Source: Candidatus Obscuribacteraceae bacterium
GTDB lineage: Bacteria > Cyanobacteriota > Vampirovibrionia > Obscuribacterales > Obscuribacteraceae
Assembly (NCBI GenBank): GCA_044229845.1
Contig: JBGASG010000005.1
Coordinates: 32,001-96,000 of the forward strand
DNA length: 64,000 nucleotides
Direction: 5' to 3'
In this document: positions 10,201 through 18,184 of the stretch, piece after piece
Layout of the letters: every line of letters starts with the position of its first letter
Numbering within the stretch: position 1 is the first letter of the stretch
Program-made: the position numbers and the translations under genes
Notes under the pieces: model-generated
Databases searched by the model: none
What the model saw: the letters and a program-made list of their open reading frames with translations, nothing else
What the model was told of the DNA's origin: nothing

Positions 10201-10937
10201 TGCTCAGGCTCTGAATAGCGGCCGACATAGTTGAGCACCGTTTCTGTAGACTGGGCTTTTTTCCCCGAGCTGATGCCGACCCGTCCGGGACGGGAAATAA
10301 GACTCTGGCTTTTAACGGCCTCGATTACGTCTTCTGTAGAGATATTGTAGGCTCGCATGCGATCAGGTTTGAGCCATAGCCTCATGGCATACGTTCTGCT
10401 ACCAAGTAAGGTTGCGTTCGCCACTCCTGGAATGCGTTGAATTTCCGGTATCAGCTTGGTGTAGGCGTAATTGAACAGGTACTTCTGATCGAAGGAGTCC
10501 GAGTCAGCGTATAGATTCACATACATCAGCATGGAGGGCTGTAGGGGCAAAATGATCACCCCCTCTCGCTGAACGAGTTCAGGTAAGGCGTTCATCATCT
10601 GATCCACGCGGGTTTTAACGCTCACCACCGCCTGGTTGGGGTCGGTACCTGGTTCAAATACCACGCGGATGGTGGCTTCACCGGCGCTGGTGGCATCAGA
10701 GGACATATAGCGCATGCCCGGCACCCCGTTAATGGCCGCTTCCAGTGGTACCAGCGTCGACTGGGTAAGCACATTGGCGCTGGCACCGGGGTAGGCAATA
10801 AAGAGATTGACGACGGTGGGCGCAATTTTTGGGAACTGTGAAATAGGAAGCTGCACCATGGCCAGGCAGCCGAGGAAAACGACAAAAACCGAGATAACAA
10901 TCCCGAGTACCGGCCGTTTAAGAATGTGACGAAACAT
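7263..10937 (-). CDS. RND efflux permease (AcrB/HAE1 family) with a long repetitive C-terminal tail
   Basis: RPVLGIVIS...LPISQFPKIAP, GIVVDNAIV, GKNAVLIVEFA, RFRPILMTS motifs; 1224 aa. Confidence 0.95.
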   Translation of the reverse strand: MFRHILKRPVLGIVISVFVVFLGCLAMVQLPISQFPKIAPTVVNLFIAYPGASANVLTQSTLVPLEAAINGVPGMRYMSSDATSAGEATIRVVFEPGTDPNQAVVSVKTRVDQMMNALPELVQREGVIILPLQPSMLMYVNLYADSDSFDQKYLFNYAYTKLIPEIQRIPGVANATLLGSRTYAMRLWLKPDRMRAYNISTEDVIEAVKSQSLISRPGRVGISSGKKAQSTETVLNYVGRYSEPEQYENIIVKSSGFGEMVKLRDIATVELGSEFYDIYTNLDGKSSASIVLKQTPTSNGREVIQKVKEKIAELSKTFPDGIHVQYSYDVSKFLNASIEQVIDTIRDAFILVTLVVFLFLGDWRSTVIPVIAVPISLVGPFVVLAMFGMSINLITLFALVLAVGIVVDNAIVMIEAVHSNMENDPSLTPYAATQKALDELGSAILAITLVMFSVFVPIAFINGPVGVFYRQFSITMISAIIISAVVALTLTPVLCAIFLKSHAGHGHKRNILEKFIGLFNTVFEAFTRAYMWLLKRLVTHKILCMAFFLLSCYGIFYMSQQVPSGFVPNEDQGTIYAIVQTPPGSSLEYTNKVIGQLKERTKATEGVHSVTSMAGYEIMTEGRGSNAGTCLINLNPWDERKQNVHEVIEELEHKTAGLGGKVEFFEPPAIPGFGSSGGFSLRLLDKTGDLRYPELEAATQEFMEALKKRKEISGLFTFYNASYPQAEIQIDNQAAMQKGVSIKTAMNNLDVLMSGSYEQGFVKFGRFFKVFTQASPEYRRNLDDLKTLFVKNEDGDMVPYTSFMTLKKTKGPNEITRYNMYNSAAIRGFPSKGYTSGEAIQAIREVAKQTLSRDFDIAWEDLSFDEAKRGNEFVVISLIVVLFVYLVLAVQYESFVLPLAVLFSLPVGIFGSFWMLKMMGLANDVYAQIAIVTLLGLLGKNAVLIVEFAVQKRSAGLPLLDAALEGARMRFRPILMTSFAFVAGLIPLMLSAGAGAVGNRTLGSSAIGGMLTGTIIGVLIIPGLYFVFASLVDGKDLLKDTERSTLTEKIVGHDKHRHPKKHKSLKRRLALLIKKLKPRSAADAKPSVVDDAMPLVAVAENPKPPVVTEAKPVAADPKPPVVTEAKPVAADAKPPVAADQKPPVVTEAKPPVVTEAKPPVVTEAKPPVAADAKPPVVANAKPAVAAEAKPPVVAEAKPAVAAEAKPAVAADTKPAVAAEAKPKD
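7272..7697. repeat. Degenerate ~24-bp tandem repeat encoding (A/T)(E/D)AKP(A/P)V(A/V) units in the RND tail
   Basis: Recurring ggtttcgcttcggctgcgaccgca / ggcttcgcctcagttacaaccgga units. Confidence 0.9.
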
Positions 10938-10954
10938 AGCTGGCCGAACCTAAG

Positions 10955-12121
10955 TTACTCTGCATACAGTTTTAAATTCTCAATAGCAAGTTGAGGAGCA
11001 ATCAGCTCGTATCGGATTTTGTCGCCTTTTTCTAGTTTGTTCTGCCGCTCGAGCAGGTACATCTCATCAGGTTTTATCCCGGAGGCGACAATGTAAACGT
11101 TGGGTTCCTCACGGGCCACTTTGATCTCACGTTCGTGAATCACCCCGGTTTTGTCGACTACATAGATGAAGCGCTTATCTAAAATTTCAAACGTGGATTT
11201 TTGCGGCACAATCACCGCCTGCTTGATCTTCTTGGGCCATAGTATTTTGCCTGTTTGCCCGTAACGCAGTAGGCCGTGTGGGTTACTAAAGCTCGCTCTA
11301 AAGGCAATATTGCCTGAGGTGCTATTAAAGTCTGACTGAATGGTTTCTATCGTTCCAGTTTGAGGATAGATTTCCTTGTTGGCGAGTTCCAGTTGGACGT
11401 TCTGAGAAACACCCTGTCGCCTGTGTTGCATGTAGTCCAGGTACTGACCTTCGGGGACATTGAAGTACACCCAAAGTCGATGGGTATCGCTTAAGGTCGT
11501 TAGCTCTTGATTCTCTTCCAGCAGGCTGCCCAGCCTAATATCATTAAAGCGCCCTATCAGCCCGTCAAACGGGGCTCGAATTTCAGTAAAGCCTAAATGC
11601 GTTTTGGCTAGCTGTAGTTCCGCTTGAACTTTAGCCAGCTTGGCGGCAGACATGGCGGCTTCAGTGGGGGAAATAATATCCTTCTCTGCAAGCGCCTGGT
11701 TATTCTCCAGCTCAATTTTGGAAAGCTCAACCTCTGCTTCTTGTTTTTGAACATCGGCTTGGTAGACAGTAGGCTTTATTTGAAAAAGCAATTGTCCCTG
11801 ATGAACAGTTTGTCCTTCGTCTATCAGTACGTCTTGCAGGTACCCCTTCTCCATTGAACGAATTTCAATATGCTGTATGGCTCTAATCTGGCAGACATAT
11901 TCATCATTCAGCGTCAGGTCTTTGATAAGGGGTTTGCTGACCTCGTAAGTCGTATGTGATGCTTCTCCATCATTCGCCGCCAGGTCTTTGCCGGCGGGAG
12001 GACCGACCTGGTGAGCCGAAGCCGATGCTTCTTTGCTGTCAAAGGATGAGTGACAACCTGATATAGACAATACGAGGAGTACTGCGCCGCAGCACAGTGC
12101 CAGTGTTTTAAACAGTTTCAT
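10955..12121 (-). CDS. RND periplasmic adaptor (membrane fusion protein), lipoprotein
   Basis: ORF extends to 12190; likely start 12121 (MKLFKTLALCCGAVLLVLSISGC, lipobox); DEGQTVHQGQLLF and IRAPFDG motifs. Confidence 0.93.
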   Translation of the reverse strand: MKLFKTLALCCGAVLLVLSISGCHSSFDSKEASASAHQVGPPAGKDLAANDGEASHTTYEVSKPLIKDLTLNDEYVCQIRAIQHIEIRSMEKGYLQDVLIDEGQTVHQGQLLFQIKPTVYQADVQKQEAEVELSKIELENNQALAEKDIISPTEAAMSAAKLAKVQAELQLAKTHLGFTEIRAPFDGLIGRFNDIRLGSLLEENQELTTLSDTHRLWVYFNVPEGQYLDYMQHRRQGVSQNVQLELANKEIYPQTGTIETIQSDFNSTSGNIAFRASFSNPHGLLRYGQTGKILWPKKIKQAVIVPQKSTFEILDKRFIYVVDKTGVIHEREIKVAREEPNVYIVASGIKPDEMYLLERQNKLEKGDKIRYELIAPQLAIENLKLYAE

Positions 12122-12305
12122 GAAGCCATTGTTTGTTGTAAACGTTTCGAAGAGCCAATGAGTTTTGATCGAAGATGTGTCTTCCGACACGGCCCTTCAA
12201 ACCTTGCTCTTAGAATCTATCAAAACAATGTGATCAAATTGTGGTTCTACTGGCAGTACCACGAGAATGGTTTCAAGACCTTCATAAAAGGCGTCCAACA
12301 CGATC

Positions 12306-13523
12306 TCATCGCCGGTGAGCGGACGCGACCTTGCCTTTAGGGCTGGCTTTGCCGCTTGCCAGCATGGCATTGCTCAGTGCGATTGTTGCCAGCGGCTCAC
12401 GGGAAAAGGGCTTGAAAACCACCAGCTTGTGGCGCATTTTGACGTTGTACACGCTGAAGGTGACGTTGCTATTGATGTGACTGCTGGGCTTGCTTTTGCT
12501 CATGCCCGTATCGCCAAGTAGAGACGGGAAGAACAGGTTGCCCAGCTCGTCCTCCAGTCCGATATCAAATGTGGTGAACGTATTTTCGGTTTGATTCAGA
12601 ATGTCCAGGTTCAGCGTAATTTCGGTCATCTCGCCGAACGGGTGGCGGTCAATGCGCATGCCCGCCACCTTCACCTTCAGACCCGGACTGCAGAAATCTT
12701 CCGCCGTCTCATCGGGCATGGTCATGGTGGGCAGTTTCAGCGGCTCGCTGAGTATGACTTGCATTTCAGCACCGGGCGGGAGCATGACGCTTTTACCCTT
12801 CGTCAGCATGGCGATTGTCAGCCCGGCAGCGCCACCAATGGCCGCTCCACCAGCCAGGGCGGTCCCGTGGCTGGCGGCCGCGGCCGCCAGACCGCCATAT
12901 TGCAGCACCAGCACTGTACCTACCACGCCACCAATGGCGGTGAAGCCCAAAGCGCGCCCGACAACTTTGGCTGCGGACTTGCCTTTGGAGTCCCGCGTGG
13001 TGCTGTTGCCCTCAATCGGGATTTCACGCCCGTCAGGCGTGATTAAGTAATCAAAGCGCGCATTGATGTAGCCATTGCGGCCCGCACGCTTCGGCCCTTC
13101 AAGAGTGCTCAGCACTCCGTGCAGCACTGTGCCCCTGGGTATCACCACCTGTCTATCCACCAGCACGTCCTTGATGATTTTGCCGTAGAACTCATCGCCT
13201 TTCGTGGTCTCGTCGGCATCAATCTCGTTCGAAAGAACCAGATCCAACGCCGTGCCGGGCGCCACCTCACGCACATCCCCCGTGTTGACGGTCGGGCTCG
13301 GCGGTTGCGGACTGTTGTACTCGGTCTGGGTAATGGTGCTGCGCAGCGCCGGGGACTCGCCGCCGTCGGTAGGAGTGTCGGCGGACAAAACGGACAGCGG
13401 GGCGCCGGCGCTCAGGCTCAGCACCAGACCCAAGGCGCACAGGGAACGGATGACTGACGGTCGCGTCCGGTTACGGGGCTCAAAGGTTTCTTCCATGGGT
13501 CTCCGGGGCACACAGCCTGACAT
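12306..13523 (-). CDS. Secreted protein with a TrbI/VirB10-like beta domain and glycine-zipper helices
   Basis: Signal-like segment; PGTALDLVLSNEID...GDEF...VVIPRGTVLHG...LPPGAEMQV pattern; GGAAIGGAAG zipper. Confidence 0.65.
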   Translation of the reverse strand: MSGCVPRRPMEETFEPRNRTRPSVIRSLCALGLVLSLSAGAPLSVLSADTPTDGGESPALRSTITQTEYNSPQPPSPTVNTGDVREVAPGTALDLVLSNEIDADETTKGDEFYGKIIKDVLVDRQVVIPRGTVLHGVLSTLEGPKRAGRNGYINARFDYLITPDGREIPIEGNSTTRDSKGKSAAKVVGRALGFTAIGGVVGTVLVLQYGGLAAAAASHGTALAGGAAIGGAAGLTIAMLTKGKSVMLPPGAEMQVILSEPLKLPTMTMPDETAEDFCSPGLKVKVAGMRIDRHPFGEMTEITLNLDILNQTENTFTTFDIGLEDELGNLFFPSLLGDTGMSKSKPSSHINSNVTFSVYNVKMRHKLVVFKPFSREPLATIALSNAMLASGKASPKGKVASAHRR

Positions 13524-13656
13524 CTAGCGCCCAGAGTATTAACGCATGAACTATGTCAGCTGCGCAAGCAGACGCAAGCTTCCCGTGTCACTGTTCGTCG
13601 GTTTCTGTGAACAGAGGCCGCGCTCGCTTCCGTGGTATCGTAGATGGTGCTTCGAG

Positions 13657-13884
13657 CTAGGGCGCGACAGCCATTTGCGTCGGGACGCGCTGGACGACCG
13701 TCGCTTTCTGCGTTGCCACGATCACCCTTGTCCTGTCCGCGACGGGTTGTTGTGCAGATGTTGCCACCACCTGCTGTCCATCCGCAGAGGAAACGCGAGA
13801 CTTCAAAACTATGAAAGCGGAACTTGATACTACGGAAATAAGCGAAATAAGCGCTACTCCGACAACAAACTCTAGATTGTTCAT
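13657..13884 (-). CDS. Small membrane-anchored protein (75 aa)
   Basis: GGGAGG Shine-Dalgarno 8 nt before the ATG; N-terminal TM helix FVVGVALISLISVVSSSAFIVL. Confidence 0.6.
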   Translation of the reverse strand: MNNLEFVVGVALISLISVVSSSAFIVLKSRVSSADGQQVVATSAQQPVADRTRVIVATQKATVVQRVPTQMAVAP

Positions 13885-14149
13885 GTATCAATCCTCCCGC
13901 GGAATGTAGGCACACCGAAGCGCCGCATTATGTGCGGTTTAGTGTGTATGCATACGGGCTACCTAGCGCCTATGCGGATCCGCTCGCAATCGAGATCGAT
14001 CGCGAGTTTTCGCCTGTGGTGCGCCTACCAAATCCTGATGCGTCTTTTGACGGGCGCAACGTTGGTATGGCCGGACAAGGCACGTATATGCTTCATTAAG
14101 AAGTATATGCGACCGGGCCCTTCACAACAAATTAAACCGTGTTCGAATA

Positions 14150-14386
14150 GTGATCGTCGCCGAGGGCAATCCTTATAAGAAGCGGTGCGTGTCCAATGTG
14201 AACTCGCTGCCCTCTTCCGAATCAAACCCGATAGGCGCGTGGTTGTATGTGGTGATGTCCCTGCGCGGCGAAGGGTGGTCCTACGAAGAAATCGCGAACA
14301 AGACTGGACTGGCAATCGGTACAGTCAGGTCTCGCATTCACTACGCTAGGAAGCGAGCAAAGGAATTAGCGCAGCAAAGCATTTAG
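14150..14386 (+). CDS. Stand-alone sigma-70 region 4 (ECF-type) helix-turn-helix protein or remnant
   Basis: EGWSYEEIANKTGLAIGTVRSRIHYARKR is a typical ECF sigma region 4; no region 2 seen upstream. Confidence 0.65.
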   Translation: MIVAEGNPYKKRCVSNVNSLPSSESNPIGAWLYVVMSLRGEGWSYEEIANKTGLAIGTVRSRIHYARKRAKELAQQSI

Positions 14387-14559
14387 GAATCCTCCATTCA
14401 ACTCAATGTGCGCGGCGCCTTTAATTGTGCCAATGGCGCAGCCGCAAAGTCAATCAACTTGCTGAATCAACGCCTCGACCGATTGACTTTGGGCTTCGCT
14501 CATTGATTTGCCGGTTTCGCTTAGCGCAAGAAGCGCATTCCTTCTGGAGGTTAGAGCGA

Positions 14560-14707
14560 ATGAGAAAGCAAACGGTTAGTCGTCGTCTTAAATACCCGGT
14601 ACCACAATTCAAAATGGCATTGCTACGCGAAAAGGAAGGCAAGACGTTTGAAATCTTCAGACCGAGTGATGTCGAAGAGTTCGTTGAACCATTGAAGCAT
14701 TGCAGCG
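14560..14707 (+). pseudogene. radC: N-terminal fragment of a RadC/JAB-domain protein, truncated by the RIT end
   Basis: GGAGG SD then MRKQTVSRRLKYPVPQFKMALLREKEGKTFEIFRPSDVEEFVEPLKHCS. This resembles the lead-in of short RadC/JAB proteins and stops just before the expected E-x-F JAB start, exactly at the TTATGTG motif. Confidence 0.6.
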
Positions 14708-14794
14708 ATTATGTGTCCCAGGAGAATATGTTCCGGCGCAGTCCAGAACCCCGATATCAGCCGGGGGGAGGTCGTGGGTCCGGGAACATAAATG

Positions 14795-15802
14795 TCATAG
14801 AGAATCGAGCCATCTCAGCAGCGCTGCATCATCGCGCCAGCGAACATCAGCGTGGGCCTCTTCGTTTGATGTCGGTGGCCGACATGTTTTCATCGCTTCT
14901 TCCTTCATTCTCATGTTGATTTCCGCGTAGCGATTAGTTGTGTCGAGACTGACATGACCTAGCCATCCGCGAATCACATTTACTTCGACACCGGATTCGA
15001 GCAAATGAATCGCCGTCGTATGGCGGATGACGTGCGGCGAAACAGGCTTTGCAGAGCCATTCGTGCGCTTCTTCTTGATCTCGGCGGTGTGCTTGCGAAC
15101 AAGCTTGTAAATGCCGAATCTAGTCAGTGGTCGGCCGACATTTGACAGAAAAACTGGTTCTTGCGGAACGAAATTCCGACCGACGAGCATGCTTCTCAAC
15201 GTCTCAACCGTTTCTTTCCAGAGTGGGCAAGTTCGCCACTTTCCGCCCTTGCCATGCAACTGAACTCGCATTGCGTCCAACTCAAGTTGCTGCAACGTCA
15301 GACCTGCTACCTCTTGCACCCGGGCACCAGTGTTGTACATAAATAGGAGAATCGCTTTGTCTCTGAGACTCAGAATTGGCTTGCTGTCCGTGGATGCGGA
15401 TTTGAGCATTTGACTGATCTCCTCTATCTCCAGAAAGAACGTTTCTGGCGGATGACATCGCTTTACCTGGATAGTGGCTATCCGTTGCGCTTCCATAACG
15501 TACTCCGGTATGCGTGAAGCCATGTATTCACAAAACGTGTGCATAATGGCCAACCGATGATTGCGCGTTCGGATGGAATTGTGCCGATCGGTTTCTAGCC
15601 AGCGAAGAAACGCCGTGATTGACTCAAGGTCGAAATGGCGCAACTCTAACTTGGTGATCTTGCACTTTGATTTCTTCGAGGCAAATTGCAAATACAGGCG
15701 CAATGCGTCTCGATAGCTCTTCACGCTGGATGGAAGCAATCCTCTTTGGATGGGCAGATAGTCCACCAAAAATGAGTGCAAGACGTCTCCAATCTTGTTC
15801 AT
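14795..15802 (-). CDS. ritC: Tyrosine recombinase RitC
   Basis: TGARVQEV, HGKGGK, HVIRH, LGHVSLDTTNRY catalytic motifs; ends LLRWLDSL. Confidence 0.92.
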   Translation of the reverse strand: MNKIGDVLHSFLVDYLPIQRGLLPSSVKSYRDALRLYLQFASKKSKCKITKLELRHFDLESITAFLRWLETDRHNSIRTRNHRLAIMHTFCEYMASRIPEYVMEAQRIATIQVKRCHPPETFFLEIEEISQMLKSASTDSKPILSLRDKAILLFMYNTGARVQEVAGLTLQQLELDAMRVQLHGKGGKWRTCPLWKETVETLRSMLVGRNFVPQEPVFLSNVGRPLTRFGIYKLVRKHTAEIKKKRTNGSAKPVSPHVIRHTTAIHLLESGVEVNVIRGWLGHVSLDTTNRYAEINMRMKEEAMKTCRPPTSNEEAHADVRWRDDAALLRWLDSL

Positions 15803-16776
15803 AGATGCACCTCCCGTAGTGCTTCCATTGCCAACTTCTGGAAGCGAGTATTTGCTTCATCCAGCAATCCGTCCGTGATAGTCAAATAGACCGCCGTGTG
15901 CTGCAGCTCGGAATGTCCAAGAAAAGTAGCGAGCGGAAGCAAGTGATGAGAGGGATCTTTTCCTTCCCGATAAAAACGCATAAGAGTGTTGACAGCGAAG
16001 GAGTGTCTTAAGTCGTGAAACCTCGGTTCTCGCTGTCCAGCAGCCGGACGCAAATCCAACGCGAGCGTTAACTGTCGAAAGGTTCGCCATGTATTGCATG
16101 AATGCATAGCGGTTCGATCCTCGTGCCACCGGAACACCCGCTCCGATTTGTTCTCAATTTCCGAGTCGTTCACATACAAGCTGAGCTGTTGCGCCAGCTT
16201 AGGCCCCATCGGCAGGTAGCGGCTCTTACCGAACTTTGAGTTGGCGATCAGCAACACATTGCGTTCAAAATCAATATCGCCCACTCTTAAATTGCAGATC
16301 TCACCGACCCGCATTCCGAGCCCATACCCGAGTAAGATCATCATCTGCCATGTTGCTGCACGACGGTGAGCGTTAGACGTATCGTGCAAATCACTTGCTG
16401 CTGACAAAAGCCGCCGAACGTCTGCAGGCGTGAAAATGAATGGTAGCAATTTTTCATTGACTTGCCGCCGTTTCGTTCTTATGGGTGATACGCAGATTTG
16501 TTCTTGATTAACCATCCAATCAAACAGACGGCGAATGATCCCTAACCTGTAGTTGTGGGTTGTTGCCTGCATCGATGCCGATGACCGGAAGAACTGATCT
16601 ACGATGGCACCATCGATCTTGTCGATCGTTTGCACGCCAGTCTGCACCAGATAGCGATCTAGTGCTCGAAATGCCGGTTCCTCTGACTTGTACTTCTTAC
16701 ATAAGGCTCGCTTGTGCTCCAGGAATTGTTCAATTGACTCGGCTAAGCAGCTTCGATATCCAGTCCACTTTTTCAT
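15799..16776 (-). CDS. ritB: Tyrosine recombinase RitB
   Basis: GMRVGEI, SKFGKSR, HDLRHSFAV, LATFLGH...TAVYLTIT. Confidence 0.92.
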   Translation of the reverse strand: MKKWTGYRSCLAESIEQFLEHKRALCKKYKSEEPAFRALDRYLVQTGVQTIDKIDGAIVDQFFRSSASMQATTHNYRLGIIRRLFDWMVNQEQICVSPIRTKRRQVNEKLLPFIFTPADVRRLLSAASDLHDTSNAHRRAATWQMMILLGYGLGMRVGEICNLRVGDIDFERNVLLIANSKFGKSRYLPMGPKLAQQLSLYVNDSEIENKSERVFRWHEDRTAMHSCNTWRTFRQLTLALDLRPAAGQREPRFHDLRHSFAVNTLMRFYREGKDPSHHLLPLATFLGHSELQHTAVYLTITDGLLDEANTRFQKLAMEALREVHL

Positions 16777-18038
16777 AGCAGATCCTCCGCGAGTCCCATC
16801 GCCAGTTCCCGCAGAGACTCAATGTCCACTTTGGAATAAATGCGGGTTGAGTCCGGCGATTTGTGACCGACATAATCACCGATCAATTTCAACGAGAATT
16901 GCGCATCGACGAGTCTTTGAACGCATGTGTGCCTGAGCGTATGAGAACCACGCCTCGGTATATCTACGCCGGAAAGACGTAAGTAATGTACGGCGCGTCC
17001 AGACACCGATTGCCACGACATCGGCGTGACTGGGGCCTGCATACAGAAAAACAAGGCGCGTTCTTTCGTCTTCGGACGATCTTTCTCCAGATATTCGAGA
17101 ATCGCCCTGCCCACAACGCTCGACAATGGATATCCCGTGGAATGACCTGCCTTGCGTTCCCGAATAAGAAGCCGCTCGCTTTTCCAATCGATGTCATCCA
17201 GTGTAATGGCAGCCACTTCGCGCGCACGTAATCCGTACGTTACCAACAAGAGCAGAATTGCGTAGTCGCGTCGACCAACTGAAGTGCGGAGGTCGACTGC
17301 CTCTAACATTGTGCGCACTTCATCCCACGAAATCGACCGAGGCAAGTTTGCCAGGTCGTAAGAGTGGGGAAGTTCAACGACAACACTTAGATCTCGCGTC
17401 AGCAGCCGTTCTCTATAGAGGTACTTCAACATGACTCTGATCGGGCTTAGCACGCGGCTCAAAGACGCCTTGCCTAAACGATCTTTGGTATCAATAACAA
17501 AGCTGCTTAGAATGGGCGGAGATAGCTCGCCTACATCCACCACACCAATTCGATCAAGATAAGATTGCAACAAACCAAGCGAGTAATCATAGACGCGCAA
17601 GGATGCCTTGCTCAGCCCTCTCTCTTCCCTGAGGAATGCAAGAAAATCGTCCATAAATGCAAATCGCGCAGCATACGTGCGTCGGCGGCGGGACCGTCCG
17701 TCATATCCGGGCAGAATAACTGATAGCATCTGGCGAATGCATCCATGAACTTCTCTTTTGAAAACTTCCTGCCGATTTTCAGATCTGCCGAAACGGCTCC
17801 GCTCCTCGAAGTAACGGGCGAAGTCAGAAACGTAATGTTCGAGATGGGAAACGTTTGTGGCTCCCTGCTCCTTGGCGTAATCGCCAAACTGAACTAGCAA
17901 TGGGATTTTTCGATGAATCGTTCGCACGGAATGCTGCTGTTCTTCCATCCACGCGAGATACTTTTCTATCTCAAATGCAATCCATGATTGCCGTATTCTG
18001 TCGATCGTTTTTGGTTTCGAATAATAGTCTTCCAACAT
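16773..18038 (-). CDS. ritA: Tyrosine recombinase RitA
   Basis: RDYAILLLLVTYGLRAREV, HTLRH, VGHKSPDSTRIYSKVD; AAGGAG SD. Confidence 0.92.
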   Translation of the reverse strand: MLEDYYSKPKTIDRIRQSWIAFEIEKYLAWMEEQQHSVRTIHRKIPLLVQFGDYAKEQGATNVSHLEHYVSDFARYFEERSRFGRSENRQEVFKREVHGCIRQMLSVILPGYDGRSRRRRTYAARFAFMDDFLAFLREERGLSKASLRVYDYSLGLLQSYLDRIGVVDVGELSPPILSSFVIDTKDRLGKASLSRVLSPIRVMLKYLYRERLLTRDLSVVVELPHSYDLANLPRSISWDEVRTMLEAVDLRTSVGRRDYAILLLLVTYGLRAREVAAITLDDIDWKSERLLIRERKAGHSTGYPLSSVVGRAILEYLEKDRPKTKERALFFCMQAPVTPMSWQSVSGRAVHYLRLSGVDIPRRGSHTLRHTCVQRLVDAQFSLKLIGDYVGHKSPDSTRIYSKVDIESLRELAMGLAEDLL

Positions 18039-18184
18039 TCGGAATCTCCTTTCGAAGTGAGTTCGAATGAAGATCTTCCTCGTGGACCAATAAACAATGT
18101 GGTCCCGTCGATATGCTTAATCGCCGTCCGCTCGCGCCGCAGTCCGGAAGCGAGTGACTGTCCAAATGTTGCGGCGGTTCGTCG

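Larger units (their letters stand above)
14708..18110 (-). mobile_element. RIT element (recombinase in trio); right boundary uncertain, possibly ~23554
   Basis: Three overlapping tyrosine recombinase genes (ATGA overlaps); end motifs TATGTG (14710) and TATGTT (14727) 17 bp apart, plus inverted GGAACATAAAT (14783-14793) next to the ritC stop. Confidence 0.88.

Noticed and set aside
14425..14919. 164-aa ORF from the track
   Set aside because: Chimera of the radC fragment and read-through into the RIT end
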